From the NCBI GenBank assembly GCA_032718475.1, contig JAUCBJ010009156.1, positions 1 to 64,000 on the forward strand: a stretch of 64,000 bases of DNA. Direction: 5' to 3'. Under the pieces are notes generated by a model. That model was not told the DNA's origin. It did no database searches and worked only from the letters and a program-made list of their open reading frames with translations. The position numbers and the translations under genes are program-made. Below, one piece after another: positions 50,601 to 61,167 of the stretch. The stretch's first letter is position 1, and every line of letters begins with the position of its first letter. Source of the stretch: Nemertoderma westbladi (lineage: Eukaryota; Animalia; Xenacoelomorpha).

Positions 50601-53600
50601 AACGGATTTCCTTAATTACATGTCCACAATATGTTTTTATTTGCTGGTCTGTTTGTTTGTCCGTTACGGTAGTATTTTAGTTCCAGTCCATTGGTGTCTG
50701 ACATTAATTACACTTACCTTTAGATCCGGTCCTTTGGTGTCCGACTTGGTTTCGTATTCCAACAACGATGGTACAGAATTCCCCAACGTTCGAGCTAACA
50801 TCGTCTGTATTAACCAAGCTAAGAGTTTCTTTATTAACGGGAGTGGATGGGAAGGGATTATGGGCCTAGCCTACCAACGGTTAGCCAAGGTGCGCTATAT
50901 TTTAATCTACAGAGTTACAATCTTTGATACTTCCTGTAAGTTACTATCTAATTATTTGTGGTACAATCCCGTCTGCATTCCATGCTTCTAGGGGAATAGC
51001 TGACCGAACAGCGGGAATAATGGGAGGGGGGGGGGGGGGGGGGGGAGTGCATTATTAATCTGGAAATTTCACCTAAAGTGGAATAGAGAGGGGCAATTTG
51101 AATAATAAAGTAGTTGAAATAAACTTCTAACGAACTTGTACCTTTAATATTTAGCCAACGCCCAATGTAGAACCTTACTGGGATTCCTTGATAACTAACA
51201 GCGACGTTGCGGATGTGTTCGCGATGCAATTATGCGGTGTAGAAGATCCGGCTTCGTATCAACTCAATGGCGTAATGGTTGGTGAGAAGTGATAGTAGTT
51301 TATGTCAGAGGTTGTTGGTTTATTATAGATTACCGTGAACGGCCGCGGCCAAATAATATGTGATGTAACTAGAAACTTTCTTAATTTACTGTTACATTGT
51401 TTTTCTTCGCCATTATATTTTGCTCCCCAATGAGTCTAATAATACAATATAAAAACTAAAAAAATTAACAATACTAACTAACAGTGAAACTGTTTACTGA
51501 CTGTATGTCACATTTATCGGATTTCTCCCAAACCCTAACGATATAGGCGTATCGAGGTAACAGTACCAACAGTATTAATGTATCACTTTTACATCATCAT
51601 CGTACCATAATTTATTAATACTGAAAGATTTCCCGCCATTAACACTTAAAATGGTATAATAGCTTAACTATAAATTATGTTTGTTTATACTTTGTGAAAT
51701 TTATCGAGCGAGGGCATAGTCAGTGATCTAAACTAAATATAATCTTATGTTTTATTTAGGCCTACCGGTAACCTGTACCACACAATGAATAATTATTAAC
51801 TGGTTTTAGACGTTGGGAGGGGTGTCTGAGAGTCAATACAAAGGGAATATATTGTTTGCCGCAATGTCGAAACAACGATACTACGAAATAATTGTAACTG
51901 ACATCACCGTCGATGGTTCTAGTCTGGAGTTGGATTGCAAAGAATATAACAACGATAGAGCGATAGTCGATAGTGGGACTACCAATTTACTGTGAGTAGT
52001 AGAGCGATAGTCGATATTGGGACTACCAATTTACTGTGAGTAGTAGAGCGATAGTCGATAGTGGGACTACCAATTTACTGTGAGTAGTAGAGCGATAGTC
52101 GATATGGGGACTACAAATTTACTGTGAGTAGTAGAGCGATAGTCGATAGTGGGACTACCAATTTACTGTGAGTAGTAGAGCGATAGTCGATATGGGGACT
52201 ACCAATTTACTGTGAGTAGTAGAGCGATAGTCGATAGTGGGACTACCAATTTACTGTGAGTATGAGTAGTAGAGCGATAGTCGATAGTGGGACTACCGAT
52301 TTACTGTGAGTAGTAGAGCGATAGTCGATATGGGGACTACCAATTTACTGTGAGTAGTAGAGCGATAGTCGATATGGGGACTACCAATTTACTGTGAGTA
52401 GTAGAGCGATAGTCGATATGGGGACTACAAATTTACTGTGAGTAGTAGAGCGATAGTCGATAGTGGGACTACCAATTTACTGTGAGTAGTAGAGCGATAG
52501 TCGATATGGGGACTACCAATTTACTGTGAGTAGTAGAGCGATAGTCGATAGTGGGACTACCAATTTACTGTGAGTATGAGTAGTAGAGCGATAGTCGATA
52601 GTGGGACTACCAATTTACTGTGAGTATGAGTAGTAGAGTGATAGTCCATAGTGGGACTAACAATTTACTGTGAGTAGTAGAGCGATAGTCGATAGTGGGA
52701 CTACCGATTTACTGTGAGTAGTAGAGCGATAGTCGATAGTGGGACTACCAATTTACTGTGAGTAATAGAGCGATAGTCGATAGTGGGACTACCAATTTAC
52801 TGTGAGTAGTAGAGCGATAGTCGATAGTGGGACTACCAATTTACTGTGATTAGTAGAGCGATAGTCGATATGGGGACTACCAATTTACTGTGAGTAGTAG
52901 AGCGATAGTCGATATTGGGACTACCAATTTACTGTGAGTAGTAGAGCGATAGTCGATAGTGGGACTACCAATTTACTGTGAGTAGTAGAGCGATAGTCGA
53001 TAGTGGGACTACCAATTTACTGTGAGTAGTAGAGCGATAGTCGATAGTGGGACTACCGATTTACTGTGAGTAGTAGAGCGATAGTCGATAGTGGGACTAC
53101 CAATTTACTGTGAGTAGTAGAGCGATAGTCGATAGTGGGACTACCAATTTACTGTGAGTAGTAGAGCGATAGTCGATAGTGGGACTGCCAATTTACTGTG
53201 AGTAGTAGAGCGATAGTCGATAGTGGGACTACCAATTTACTGTGGGTAGTAGAGCGATAGTCGATATGGGGACTACCAATTTACTGTGAGTAGTAGAGCG
53301 ATAGTCGATATTGGGACTACCAATTTACTGTGAGTAGTAGAGCGATAGGCGATAGTGGGACTACCAATTTACTGTGAGTAGTAGAGCGATAGTCGATAGT
53401 GGGACTACCAATTTACTGTGAGTAGTAGAGCGATAGTCGATAGTGGGACTACCAATTTACTGTGAGTATGAGTAGTAGAGCGATAGTCGATAGTGGGACT
53501 ACCAATTTACTGTGAGTAGTAGAGCGATAGTCGATAGTGGGACTACCAATTTACTGTGAGTATGGGTAGTAGAGCGATAGTCGATAGTGGGACTACCGAT

Positions 53601-56600
53601 TTACTGTGAGTAGTAGAGCGATAGTCGATAGTGGGACTACCAATTTACTGTGAGTAGTAGAGCGATAGTCGATAGTGGGACTACCAATTTACTGTGAGTA
53701 GTAGAGCGATAGTCGATAGTGGGACTACCAATTTACTGTGAGTAGTAGAGCGATAGTCGATAGTGGGACTACCAATTTCCTTTGAGTATGAGTAGTAGAG
53801 CGATAGTCGATAGTGGGACTACCGATTTACTGTGAGTAGTAGAGCGATAGGCGATAGTGGGACTACCAATTTACTGTGAGTAGTAGAGCGATAGTCGATA
53901 GTGGGACTACCAATTTACTGTGAGTAGTAGAGCGATAGTCGATAGTGGGACTACCAATTTCCTTTGAGTAGTAGAGCGATAGTCGATAGTGGGACTACCA
54001 ATTTACTGTGAGTAGTAGAGCGATAGTCGATAGTGGGACTACCAATTTCCTTTGAGTATGAGTAGTAGAGCGATAGTCGATAGTGGGACTACCGATTTAC
54101 TGTGAGTAGTAGAGCGATAGGCGATAGTGGGACTACCAATTTACTATGAGTAGTAGAGCGATAGTCGATAGTGGGACTACCAATTTACTGTGAGTAGTAG
54201 AGCGATAGTCGATAGTGGGACTACCAATTTCCTTTGAGTATGAGTAGTAGAGCGATAGTCGATAGTGGGACTACCAATTTACTGTGAGTAGTAGAGCGAT
54301 AGTCGATAGTGGGACTACCAATTTCCTTTGAGTATGAGTAGTAGAGCGATAGTCGATAATGGGACTACCGATTTACTGTGAGTAGTAGAGCGATAGGCGA
54401 TAGTGGGACTACCAATTTACTGTGAGTAGTAGAGCGATAGTCGATAGTGGGACTACCATTTTACTGTGAGTATGGGTAGTAGAGCGATAGTCGATAGTGG
54501 GACTACCAATTTACTGTGAGTAGTAGAGCGATAGTCGATAGTGGGACTACCAATTTCCTTTGAGTATGAGTAGTAGAGCGATAGTCGATAGTGGGACTAC
54601 CGATTTACTGTGAGTAGTAGAGCGATAGGCGATAGTGGGACTACCAATTTACTGTGAGTAGTAGAGCGATAGTCGATATTGGGACTACCAATTTACTGTG
54701 AGTAGTAGAGCGATAGGCGATAGTGGGACTACCAATTTACTGTGAGTAGTAGAGCGATAGTCGATAGTGGGACTACCAATTTACTGTAAGTAGTAGAGTG
54801 ATAGTCCATAGTGGGACTACCAATTTACTGTGAGAAGTAGAGCGATAGTCGATAGTGGGACTACCAATTTACTGTGAGTAGTAGAGCGATAGTCGATAGT
54901 GGGACTACCAATTTACTGTGAGTAGTAGAGCGATAGTCGATATTGGGACTACCAATTTACTGTGAGTAGTAGAGCGATAGTCGATATGGGGACTACCAAT
55001 TTACTGTGAGTAGTAGAGCGATAGTCGATAGTGGGACTACCAATTTACTGTGAGTAGTAGAGCGATAGTCGATAGTGGGACTACCAATTTACTGTGAGTA
55101 GTAGAGCGATAGTCGATAGTGGGACTACCAATTTACTGTGAGTATGAGTAGTAGAGCGATAGTCGATAGTGGGACTACCAATTTACTGTGAGTATGAGTA
55201 GTAGAGCGATAGTCGATATGGGGACTACCAATTTACTGTGAGTATGAGTAGTAGAGCGATAGTCGATATGGGGACGACCAATTTACTGTGAGTAGTAGAG
55301 CGATAGTCGATAGTGGGACTACCAATTTACTGTGAGTAGTAGAGCGATAGTCGATATTGGGACTACCAATTTACTGTGAGTAGTAGAGCGATAGTCGATA
55401 TGGGGACTACCAATTTACTGTGAGTAGTAGAGCGATAGTCGATATGGGGACTACCAATTTACTGTGAGTAGTAGAGCGATAGTCGATATGGGGACTACCA
55501 ATTTACTGTGAGTATGAGTAGTAGAGCGATAGTCGATATGGGGACTACCAATTTACTGTGAGTATGAGTAGTAGAGCGATAGTCGATAGTGGGACTACCA
55601 ATTTACTGTGAGTAGTAGAGCGATAGTCGATAGTGGGACTACCAATTTACTGTGAGTAGTAGAGCGATAGTCGATAGTGGGACTACCAATTTACTGTGAG
55701 TATGAGTAGTAGAGCGATAGTCGATAGTGGGACTACCAATTTACTGTGAGTATGAGTAGTAGAGCGATAGTCGATATGGGGACTACCAATTTACTGTGAG
55801 TATGAGTAGTAGAGCGATAGTCGATATGGGGACTACCAATTTACTGTGAGTAGTAGAGCGATAGTCGATAGTGGGACTACCAATTTACTGTGAGTAGTAG
55901 AGCGATAGTCGATAGTGGGACTACCAATTTACTGTGAGTATGAGTAGTAGAGCGATAGTCGATAGTGGGACTACCAATTTACTGTGAGTAGTAGAGCGAT
56001 AGTCGATAGTGGGACTGCCAATTTACTGTGAGTAGTAGAGCGATAGTCGATAGTGGGACTACCAATTTACTGTGAGTAGTAGAGCGATAGTCGATAGTGG
56101 GACTACCAATTTACTGTGAGTATGAGTAGTAGAGCGATAGTCGATAGTGGGACTACCAATTTACTGTGAGTATGAGTAGTAGAGTGATAGTCCATAGTGG
56201 GACTAACAATTTACTGTGAGTAGTAGAGCGATAGTCGATAGTGGGACTACCAATTTACTGTGAGTAGTAGAGCGATAGTCGATAGTGGGACTACCAATTT
56301 ACTGTGAGTAGTAGAGCGATAGTCGATATGGGGACTACCAATTTACTGTGAGTAGTAGAGCGATAGTCGATATTGGGACTACCAATTTACTGTGAGTAGT
56401 AGAGCGATAGGCGATAGTGGGACTACAAATTTGCTGTGAGTAGTAGAGCGATAGTCGATAGTGGGACTACCAATTTACTGTGAGTAGTAGAGAGATAGTC
56501 GATAGTGGGACTACCAATTTACTGTGAGTAGTAGAGCGATAGTCGATAGTGGGACTACCAATTTACTGTGAGTAGTAGAGCGATAGTCGATATGGGGACT

Positions 56601-59600
56601 ACCAATTTACTGTGAGTAGTGGAGCGATAGTCGATATGGGGACTACCAATTTACTGTGAGTAGTGGAGCGATAGTCGATATGGGGACTACCAATTTACTG
56701 TGAGTAGTGGAGCGATAGTCGATATGGGGACTACCAATTTACTGTGAGTAGTGGAGCGATAGTCGATATGGGGACTACCAATTTACTGTGAGTAGTGGAG
56801 CGATAGTCGATATGGGGACTACCAATTTACTGTGAGTAGTGGAGCGATAGTCGATATGGGGACTACCAATTTACTGTGAGTAACAGAGCGATAGTCGATA
56901 TTGGGACTACAAATTTGCTGTGAGTAGTAGAGCGATAGTCGATAGTGGGACTACCAATTTACTGTGAGTAGTGGAGCGATAGTCGATATGGGGACTACCA
57001 ATTTACTGTGAGTAGTACAGCGATAGTCTATATTGGGACTACAAATTTACTGTGAGTAGTAGAGCGATAGTCGATAGTGGGACTACCAATTTACTGTGAG
57101 TAGTAGAGCGATAGTCGATAGTGGGACTACCAATTTACTGTGAGTAGTAGAGCGATAGTCGATAGTGGGACTACCAATTTACTGTGAGTAGTAGAGCGAT
57201 AGTCGATATTGGGACTACCAATTTACTGTGAGTAGTGGAGCGATAGTCGATATGGGGACTACCAATTTACTGTGAGTAGTGGAGCGATAGTCGATAGTGG
57301 GACTACCAATTTACTGTGAGTAGTAGAGCGATAGTCGATATTGGGACTACCAATTTACTGTGAGTAGTAGAGCGATAGTCGATATTGGGACTACAAATTT
57401 ACTGTGAGTAGTAGAGCGATAGTCGATATGGGGACTACCAATTTACTGTGAGTAGTAGAGCGATAGGCGATAGTGGGACTACCAATTTGCTGTGTGTAAA
57501 TTTAGAAAATTTCCACCACAACCCAACCGCCAACCCTTTACTTTTCACATAATTAATTATTTTTCCCAACTTTCCCCGTTATAGACTAACGCCTCGTGTT
57601 TACGAATCAGTTGTTGAATCATTGGCTGCATCCCGTCCGGACATTCCGGATGAGTTCTGGCGTGGCGAGGACCTTAAGTGTTGGAGTAAGAGCAGAGAAC
57701 CTGAATGGGATCGATTCCCTAACATTGAGATCAGTGTAGCCGCCGCTTCCAACTGGACCAACAGTTTAACCCTAACCCTAATCCCCCAGGTGGGTTGTAA
57801 CCCTACTCCCCCAGGTGGGTTGTAATCCTACTCCCCCAGGTGGGTTGTATTGTAACCCTACTCCCCCAGGTGGGTTGTAACCCTAATCCCCCAGGTGGGT
57901 TGTATTGTAACCCTACTCCCCCAGGTGGGTTGTATTGTAACCCTACTCCCCCAGGTGGGTTGTAACCCTAATCCCCCAGGTGGGTTGTATTGTAACCCTA
58001 CTCCCCCAGGTGGGTTGTAACCCTAATCCCCCAGGTGGGTTGTATTGTAACCCTACTCCCGCAGGTGGGTTGTAACCCTACTCCCCCAGGTGGGTTGTAT
58101 TGAACTCCCCCAGGTGGGTTGTATTGTAACCCCACTCCCCCAGGTGGGTTGTAACCCTAATCCCCCAGGTGGGTTGTATTGTAACCCTACTCCCCCAGGT
58201 GGGTTGTAACACTAATCCCCCAGGTGGGTTTTAACCCTACTCCCCCAGGTGGGTTGTATTGTAACCCTACTCCCCCAGGTGGGTTATAACCCTACTCCCC
58301 CAGGTGGGTTGTATTGTAACCCTACTCCCCCAGGTGGGTTGTAACCCTAATCCCCCAGGTGGGTTGTAACCCTACCCCCCCAGGTGGGTTGTATTGTAAC
58401 CCTACTCCCCCAGGTGGGTTGTAACACTAATCTCCCAGGTGGGTTGTAACCGTACTCCCCCAGGTGGGTTGTAACCCTACTACCCCAGGTGGGTTGTATT
58501 GTAACCCTACTCCCCCAGGTGGGTTGTAACCCTACTCCCCCAGGTGGGTTGTATTGTAACCCTACTCCCCCAGGTGGGTTGTAACCCTACTCCCCCAGGT
58601 GGGTTGTATTGTAACCCTACTCCCCCAGGTGGGTTGTAACCCTACTCCCCCAGGTGGGTTGTATTGTAACCCTACTTCCCCAGGTGGGTTGTAACCCTAC
58701 TCCCCCAGGTGGGTTGTAACCCTACTCCCCCAGGTGGATTGTAACCCTACTCCCCCAGGTGGGTTGTAACACTAATCCCCCAGGTGGGTTGTAACACTAC
58801 TCCCCCAGGTGGGTTGTATTGTAACCCTACTCCCCCAGGTGGGTTGTAACCCTACTCCCCCAGGTGGGTTGTAACCCTACTCCCCCAGGTGGGTTGTAAC
58901 ACTAATCCCCCAGGTGGGTTGTAACCCTACTCCCCCAGGTGGGTTGTAACACTAATCCCCCAGGTGGGTTGTAACCCTACTCCCCCAGGTGGGTTGTAAC
59001 CCTAATCCCCCAGGTGGGTTGTAACCCTACCCCCCCAGGTGGGTTGTATTGTAACCCTACTCCCCCAGGTGGGTTGTAACACTAATCTCCCAGGTGGGTT
59101 GTAACCGTACTCCCCCAGGTGGGTTGTAACCCTACTACCCCAGGTGGGTTGTATTTTGTATTGTAACCCTACTCCCCCAGGTGGGTTGTAACCCTACTCC
59201 CCCAGGTGGGTTGTATTGTAACCCTACTCCCCCAGGTGGGTTGTAACCCTACTCCCCCAGGTGGGTTGTATTGTAACCCTACTCCCCCAGGTGGGTTGTA
59301 ACCCTACTCCCCCAGGTGGGTTGTATTGTAACCCTACTTCCCCAGGTGGGTTGTAACCCTACTTCCCCAGGTGGGTTGTAACCCTACTCCCCCAGGTGGG
59401 TTGTAACCCTACTCCCCCAGGTGGATTGTAACCCTACTCCCCCAGGTGGGTTGTAACACTAATCCCCCAGGTGGGTTGTAACACTACTCCCCCAGGTGGG
59501 TTGTATTGTAACCCTACTCCCCCAGGTGGGTTGTAACCCTACTCCCCCAGGTGGGTTGTAACCCTACTCCCCCAGGTGGGTTGTAACACTAATCCCCCAG

Positions 59601-60435
59601 GTGGGTTGTAACCCTACTCCCCCAGGTGGGTTGTAACACTAATCCCCCAGGTGGGTTGTAACCCTACTCCCCCAGGTGGGTTGTATTGTAACCCTACTCC
59701 CCCAGGTGGGTTGTAACCCTACTCCCCCGAGGTGGGTTGAAACCCTACTCCCCCAGGTGGGTTGTATTGTAACCCTACTCCCCCAGGTGGGTTGTATTGT
59801 AACCCTACTCCCCCAGGTGGGTTGTAACCCTACTCCCCCAGGTGGGTTGTAACACTAATCCCCCAGGTGGGTTGTAACCCTACTCCCCCAGGTGGGTTGT
59901 ATTGTAACCCTACTCCCCCAGGTGGGTTGTAACCCTACTCCCCCGAGGTGGGTTGTAACCCTACTCCCCCAGGTGGGTTGTATTGTAACCCTACTCCCCC
60001 AGGTGGGTTGTAACCCTACTCCCCCAGGTGGGTTGTAACCCTACTCCCCCAGGTGGGTTGTAACACTAATCCCCCAGGTGGGTTGTAACACTAATCCCCC
60101 AGGTGGGTTGTAACACTACTCCCTAGGGTCGGTTATGTCGTTAATTTGTTAATTTTACACAATTAAAATATAATAGGTATAATAGTATGAGTTTATAGAA
60201 TTATATTTCAATAATATCATTGATCATGACTACACTTTTCCACAGCAATATTTACGCTTACTTCCGCCATCAGAGATGAAGTTGAACTGGGATGCAAATG
60301 ACCAATACTGTTATAAGATTAGTATCAGCCAATCAGTGCACGGTACGGTATTGGGTGCCATGGCAATGACCGGGTTCACTGTAGTCTTCAACCGAGCCTC
60401 AAAGACAATTGGATTTGCTCACACTACCTGTTCCA
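38458..60435 (+). CDS. BACE1: Beta-secretase (BACE1/2-like) aspartic protease, multi-exon gene span, 3' end incomplete
   Basis: Seven GT-AG-bounded exons join in frame: signal peptide, GYYVGVSIGTPPQ, VLVDTGSSNLAV, FFINGSGWEGIMGLAY, QLCG, DCKEYN..AIVDSGTTNL, LIPQQYLR, CYK..GTVLGA..GFTVVFNR..IGFA. Confidence 0.9.
38658..40119. mobile_element. Non-autonomous hAT element in BACE intron 1
   Basis: TIR cagggctggcaaa / tttgccagccctg; perfect 8-bp TSD GGCCTACC at 38650-38657 and 40120-40127; subterminal aaaaacct repeats. Confidence 0.9.
38899..39998. repeat. Foldback palindrome whose arms are arrays of about 89-bp units, nested in the hAT element
   Basis: ggtcctactaattaccccaacc... is mirrored by ...ggttggggtaattagtaggacc; internal units flip orientation at about 39590-39620. 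Confidence 0.88.
40440..41120 (+). mobile_element. Degenerate RTE-like LINE fragment
   Basis: VLSPDGETRFFSILAG..QGDTLA; the 3' end is similar to the reverse complement of 21436-21560 and ends in gtagtagta. Confidence 0.65.
41486..43795 (-). CDS. Intronless type I membrane glycoprotein with Ig-like domains (769 aa), antisense in BACE intron 1
   Basis: Hydrophobic N-terminus, Cys-rich ectodomain with many NxS/T sites, Ig-like FTCVAKH..VFPP and LQCNYDRANPEPKVKWY...YVCEM, TM segment ALFIICGLCAITLFLLGIVGII, short basic tail. Confidence 0.75.
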   Translation of the reverse strand: MIYELLVSIILISGLRKPNGEKIQNGCEEKLSGMDWYFSLDGTDGTSPIIFKCPNVTDKITHKGQPSGLTRQYHTSAKFKTYPYDITTCVMHVGADKSFLDHFIIDEGLSECGDESNRWSVRDEIDSYINNINNIMLSTNYSNFKYETSAFGFAIGARYLVHDSCLDDALNNDSYTLAVFGTNETFCMKILFRYDDKLNWITRQFHDQGGNEGKSSSPCNSKLSHRKIIPDEASLTQRSNILEINRGYKDINGGVISFDEFINEVTRELAEIVYNAPSKVAEKRKSIVKAYYHSDNKCVFKNLTSDISYVNYFNHSQRTSKRLMRTLDPCTIQTMKHSSNGVDCLNYVPQSWQLRCICPISYIGESAADNVTTCIVPYMRDTWRPVNCFLYNSDKILPKLNKNDIEDAFTGNTDQIEFSTIRKHDVKTPEGKASQLYFSIPNTSHNIDSITLRRNLTFTCVAKHVALPPLLPTPHCSVTVTAVFPPNNINITDTKGNLISAIFILMTHNVTYQYSNETKKSNITGVFTLQCNYDRANPEPKVKWYYINDARKSVSNESVFNLDTRKEVKGQYVCEMETQYFKVPVVKTNLLVTELELKLIQDARGIQTRSLDSKSNQVFASTTSKVIIKWGFHGNSLDDVMTASPVQFLWYAPDGELINYGSNNRVLERKFTVEGVYSATIKGDRIVNVDGERHTTIKFNVSIIRSENKYEPPRSKTQSAPSLHIPALFIICGLCAITLFLLGIVGIITDSCDEGRNRKIKVHESKYSN
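43934..44721. repeat. About 790-bp imperfect palindrome (foldback/MITE-like)
   Basis: aatttttctacaaatcttaatgagattgcatgaaatttgaaacagag... is mirrored at 44660-44721; arms match inward to about 44270/44390. Confidence 0.8.
44728..45481. repeat. 31-bp minisatellite
   Basis: gttccgcccgtggctacattttgttcttata, about 24 copies. Confidence 0.95.
45770..45965 (+). mobile_element. LINE RT N-terminal fragment
   Basis: LTALFNLCLDAGRLPAIWKQNFIKILYKGKGSIADPNS. Confidence 0.7.
46144..47157. mobile_element. Foldback/MITE with long inverted arms
   Basis: aggtcatgcagcgagcggatt... is mirrored by ...aatccgcgcgctgcatgacct; arms of about 330 bp. Confidence 0.8.
48332..49903. repeat. 21-bp minisatellite ending about 85 bp upstream of BACE exon 2
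   Basis: actagttccgtactc(c/t)tcccc, about 75 copies. Confidence 0.95.
49989..50140 (+). CDS. BACE1: BACE exon 2 (first catalytic DTG)
   Basis: ttttag|INVLVDTGSSNLAVAC...GYTEGN tt|gtaagt, phase 2. Confidence 0.9.
50724..50889 (+). CDS. BACE1: BACE exon 3
   Basis: tttag|a SGPLVSDLV...FFINGSGWEGIMGLAYQRLAK|gtgcgc. Confidence 0.9.
51155..51277 (+). CDS. BACE1: BACE exon 4
   Basis: tttag|PTPNVEPYWDSL...FAMQLCG...LNGVM|gttggt, 123 nt. Confidence 0.85.
51810..51991 (+). CDS. BACE1: BACE exon 5 (second catalytic DSG)
   Basis: ttttag|TLGG...YYEIIV...DCKEYNNDRAIVDSGTTNL ct|gtgagt, phase 2. Confidence 0.9.
51957..57495 (+). repeat. 44-bp minisatellite made of the BACE exon 5 end plus its 5' splice site
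   Basis: agagcgatagtcgatagtgggactaccaatttact|gtgagtagt, about 120 copies with 50-bp variants; the first unit is the real exon end. Confidence 0.95.
57585..57789 (+). CDS. BACE1: BACE exon 6
   Basis: ttatag|a LTPRVYESVV...PDEFWRGEDLKCW...FPNIEI...LTLIPQ|gtgggt. Confidence 0.88.
57772..60123 (+). repeat. 25/30-bp minisatellite made of the BACE exon 6 end plus its 5' splice site
   Basis: taacccta(c/a)tcccccag|gtgggttg(tattg), roughly 85-90 copies; the first unit is the real exon end. Confidence 0.95.
60246..60435 (+). CDS. BACE1: BACE exon 7
   Basis: ccacag|QYLR...CYKISIS...GTVLGAMAMTGFTVVFNRASKTIGFAHTTCS a|gtaagt, phase 1. Confidence 0.88.
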
Positions 60436-60667
60436 GTAAGTAATATTAATTGTACGTACCCTATACATTCTACATTATACAATACATTACTTTTAGGAGG
60501 TTATCTTTTAGCAATTAAATGTGTTTCTGTATATTGAGGGGCGAGCCACGAAGTGAGCGCAACCTTAGCATAGGGGTACCATTAACGAGTTGTATGTCGT
60601 CGTCCAATTTTTGATCGCTAATAGTTCGGTCATTCCTTGATGAAATTAAACTAATCTTAGTACGTAT

Positions 60668-60727
60668 TAGTGTTGCAACGGGATCCCGATCCCGAAAATT
60701 GTGGATCCCGATCCCGTTGCAACACTA
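60668..60727. mobile_element. 60-bp hAT-type MITE
   Basis: 18-bp perfect TIR tagtgttgcaacgggatc / gatcccgttgcaacacta; 8-bp TSD GTACGTAT at 60660-60667 and 60728-60735. Confidence 0.85.
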
Positions 60728-61167
60728 GTACGTATCCAGTCCGCCAAAAGTTTAGAAAGAATCTGAAGTTTGGTCAAAAACCAGACAGTGTGTCAGTCGG
60801 TACTGAGTCTAGTGCTGCCTTCGTCTTCGTAGTGTGGGGCCTTCGTCCACGTCCACGTCTACCTACATTTATTATACCAAAGTAAATATTGTTTGTGTAC
60901 AAACACACATGAGCAACAATTGCTGGCTTGTTTCCTATTACTAGCCAGTTTCACATAAACATTTATATTATTCTTTTAACAAATAAATATTTAATTAATC
61001 TAATTTTTATTAATTTAAATTAAATAAACAAACAAACTTTACTTACAATATATTTTCCTTAAATTAAATTAAATATTATTCATTTTATTTAATTATCATT
61101 GAATCTTTTAATAAATACCCGAGTATTTCACCAATCCGTTTCTCTACAAATAGTTAGTTTTCCGTAT

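Noticed and set aside
51992-57495. Array of 33-nt in-frame cassette microexons separated by 11-nt GT-AG introns (gtgagtagtag)
   Set aside because: The arithmetic works (44-11=33), but 11-nt introns without a branch point or pyrimidine tract are too short for the spliceosome.
57766-57782. Interstitial telomere
   Set aside because: Only about two CCCTAA units, and they are coding (LTLTLI) in BACE exon 6.
51957-60123. CRISPR-like arrays
   Set aside because: Head-to-tail repeats without unique spacers, no cas genes, eukaryotic intron context.
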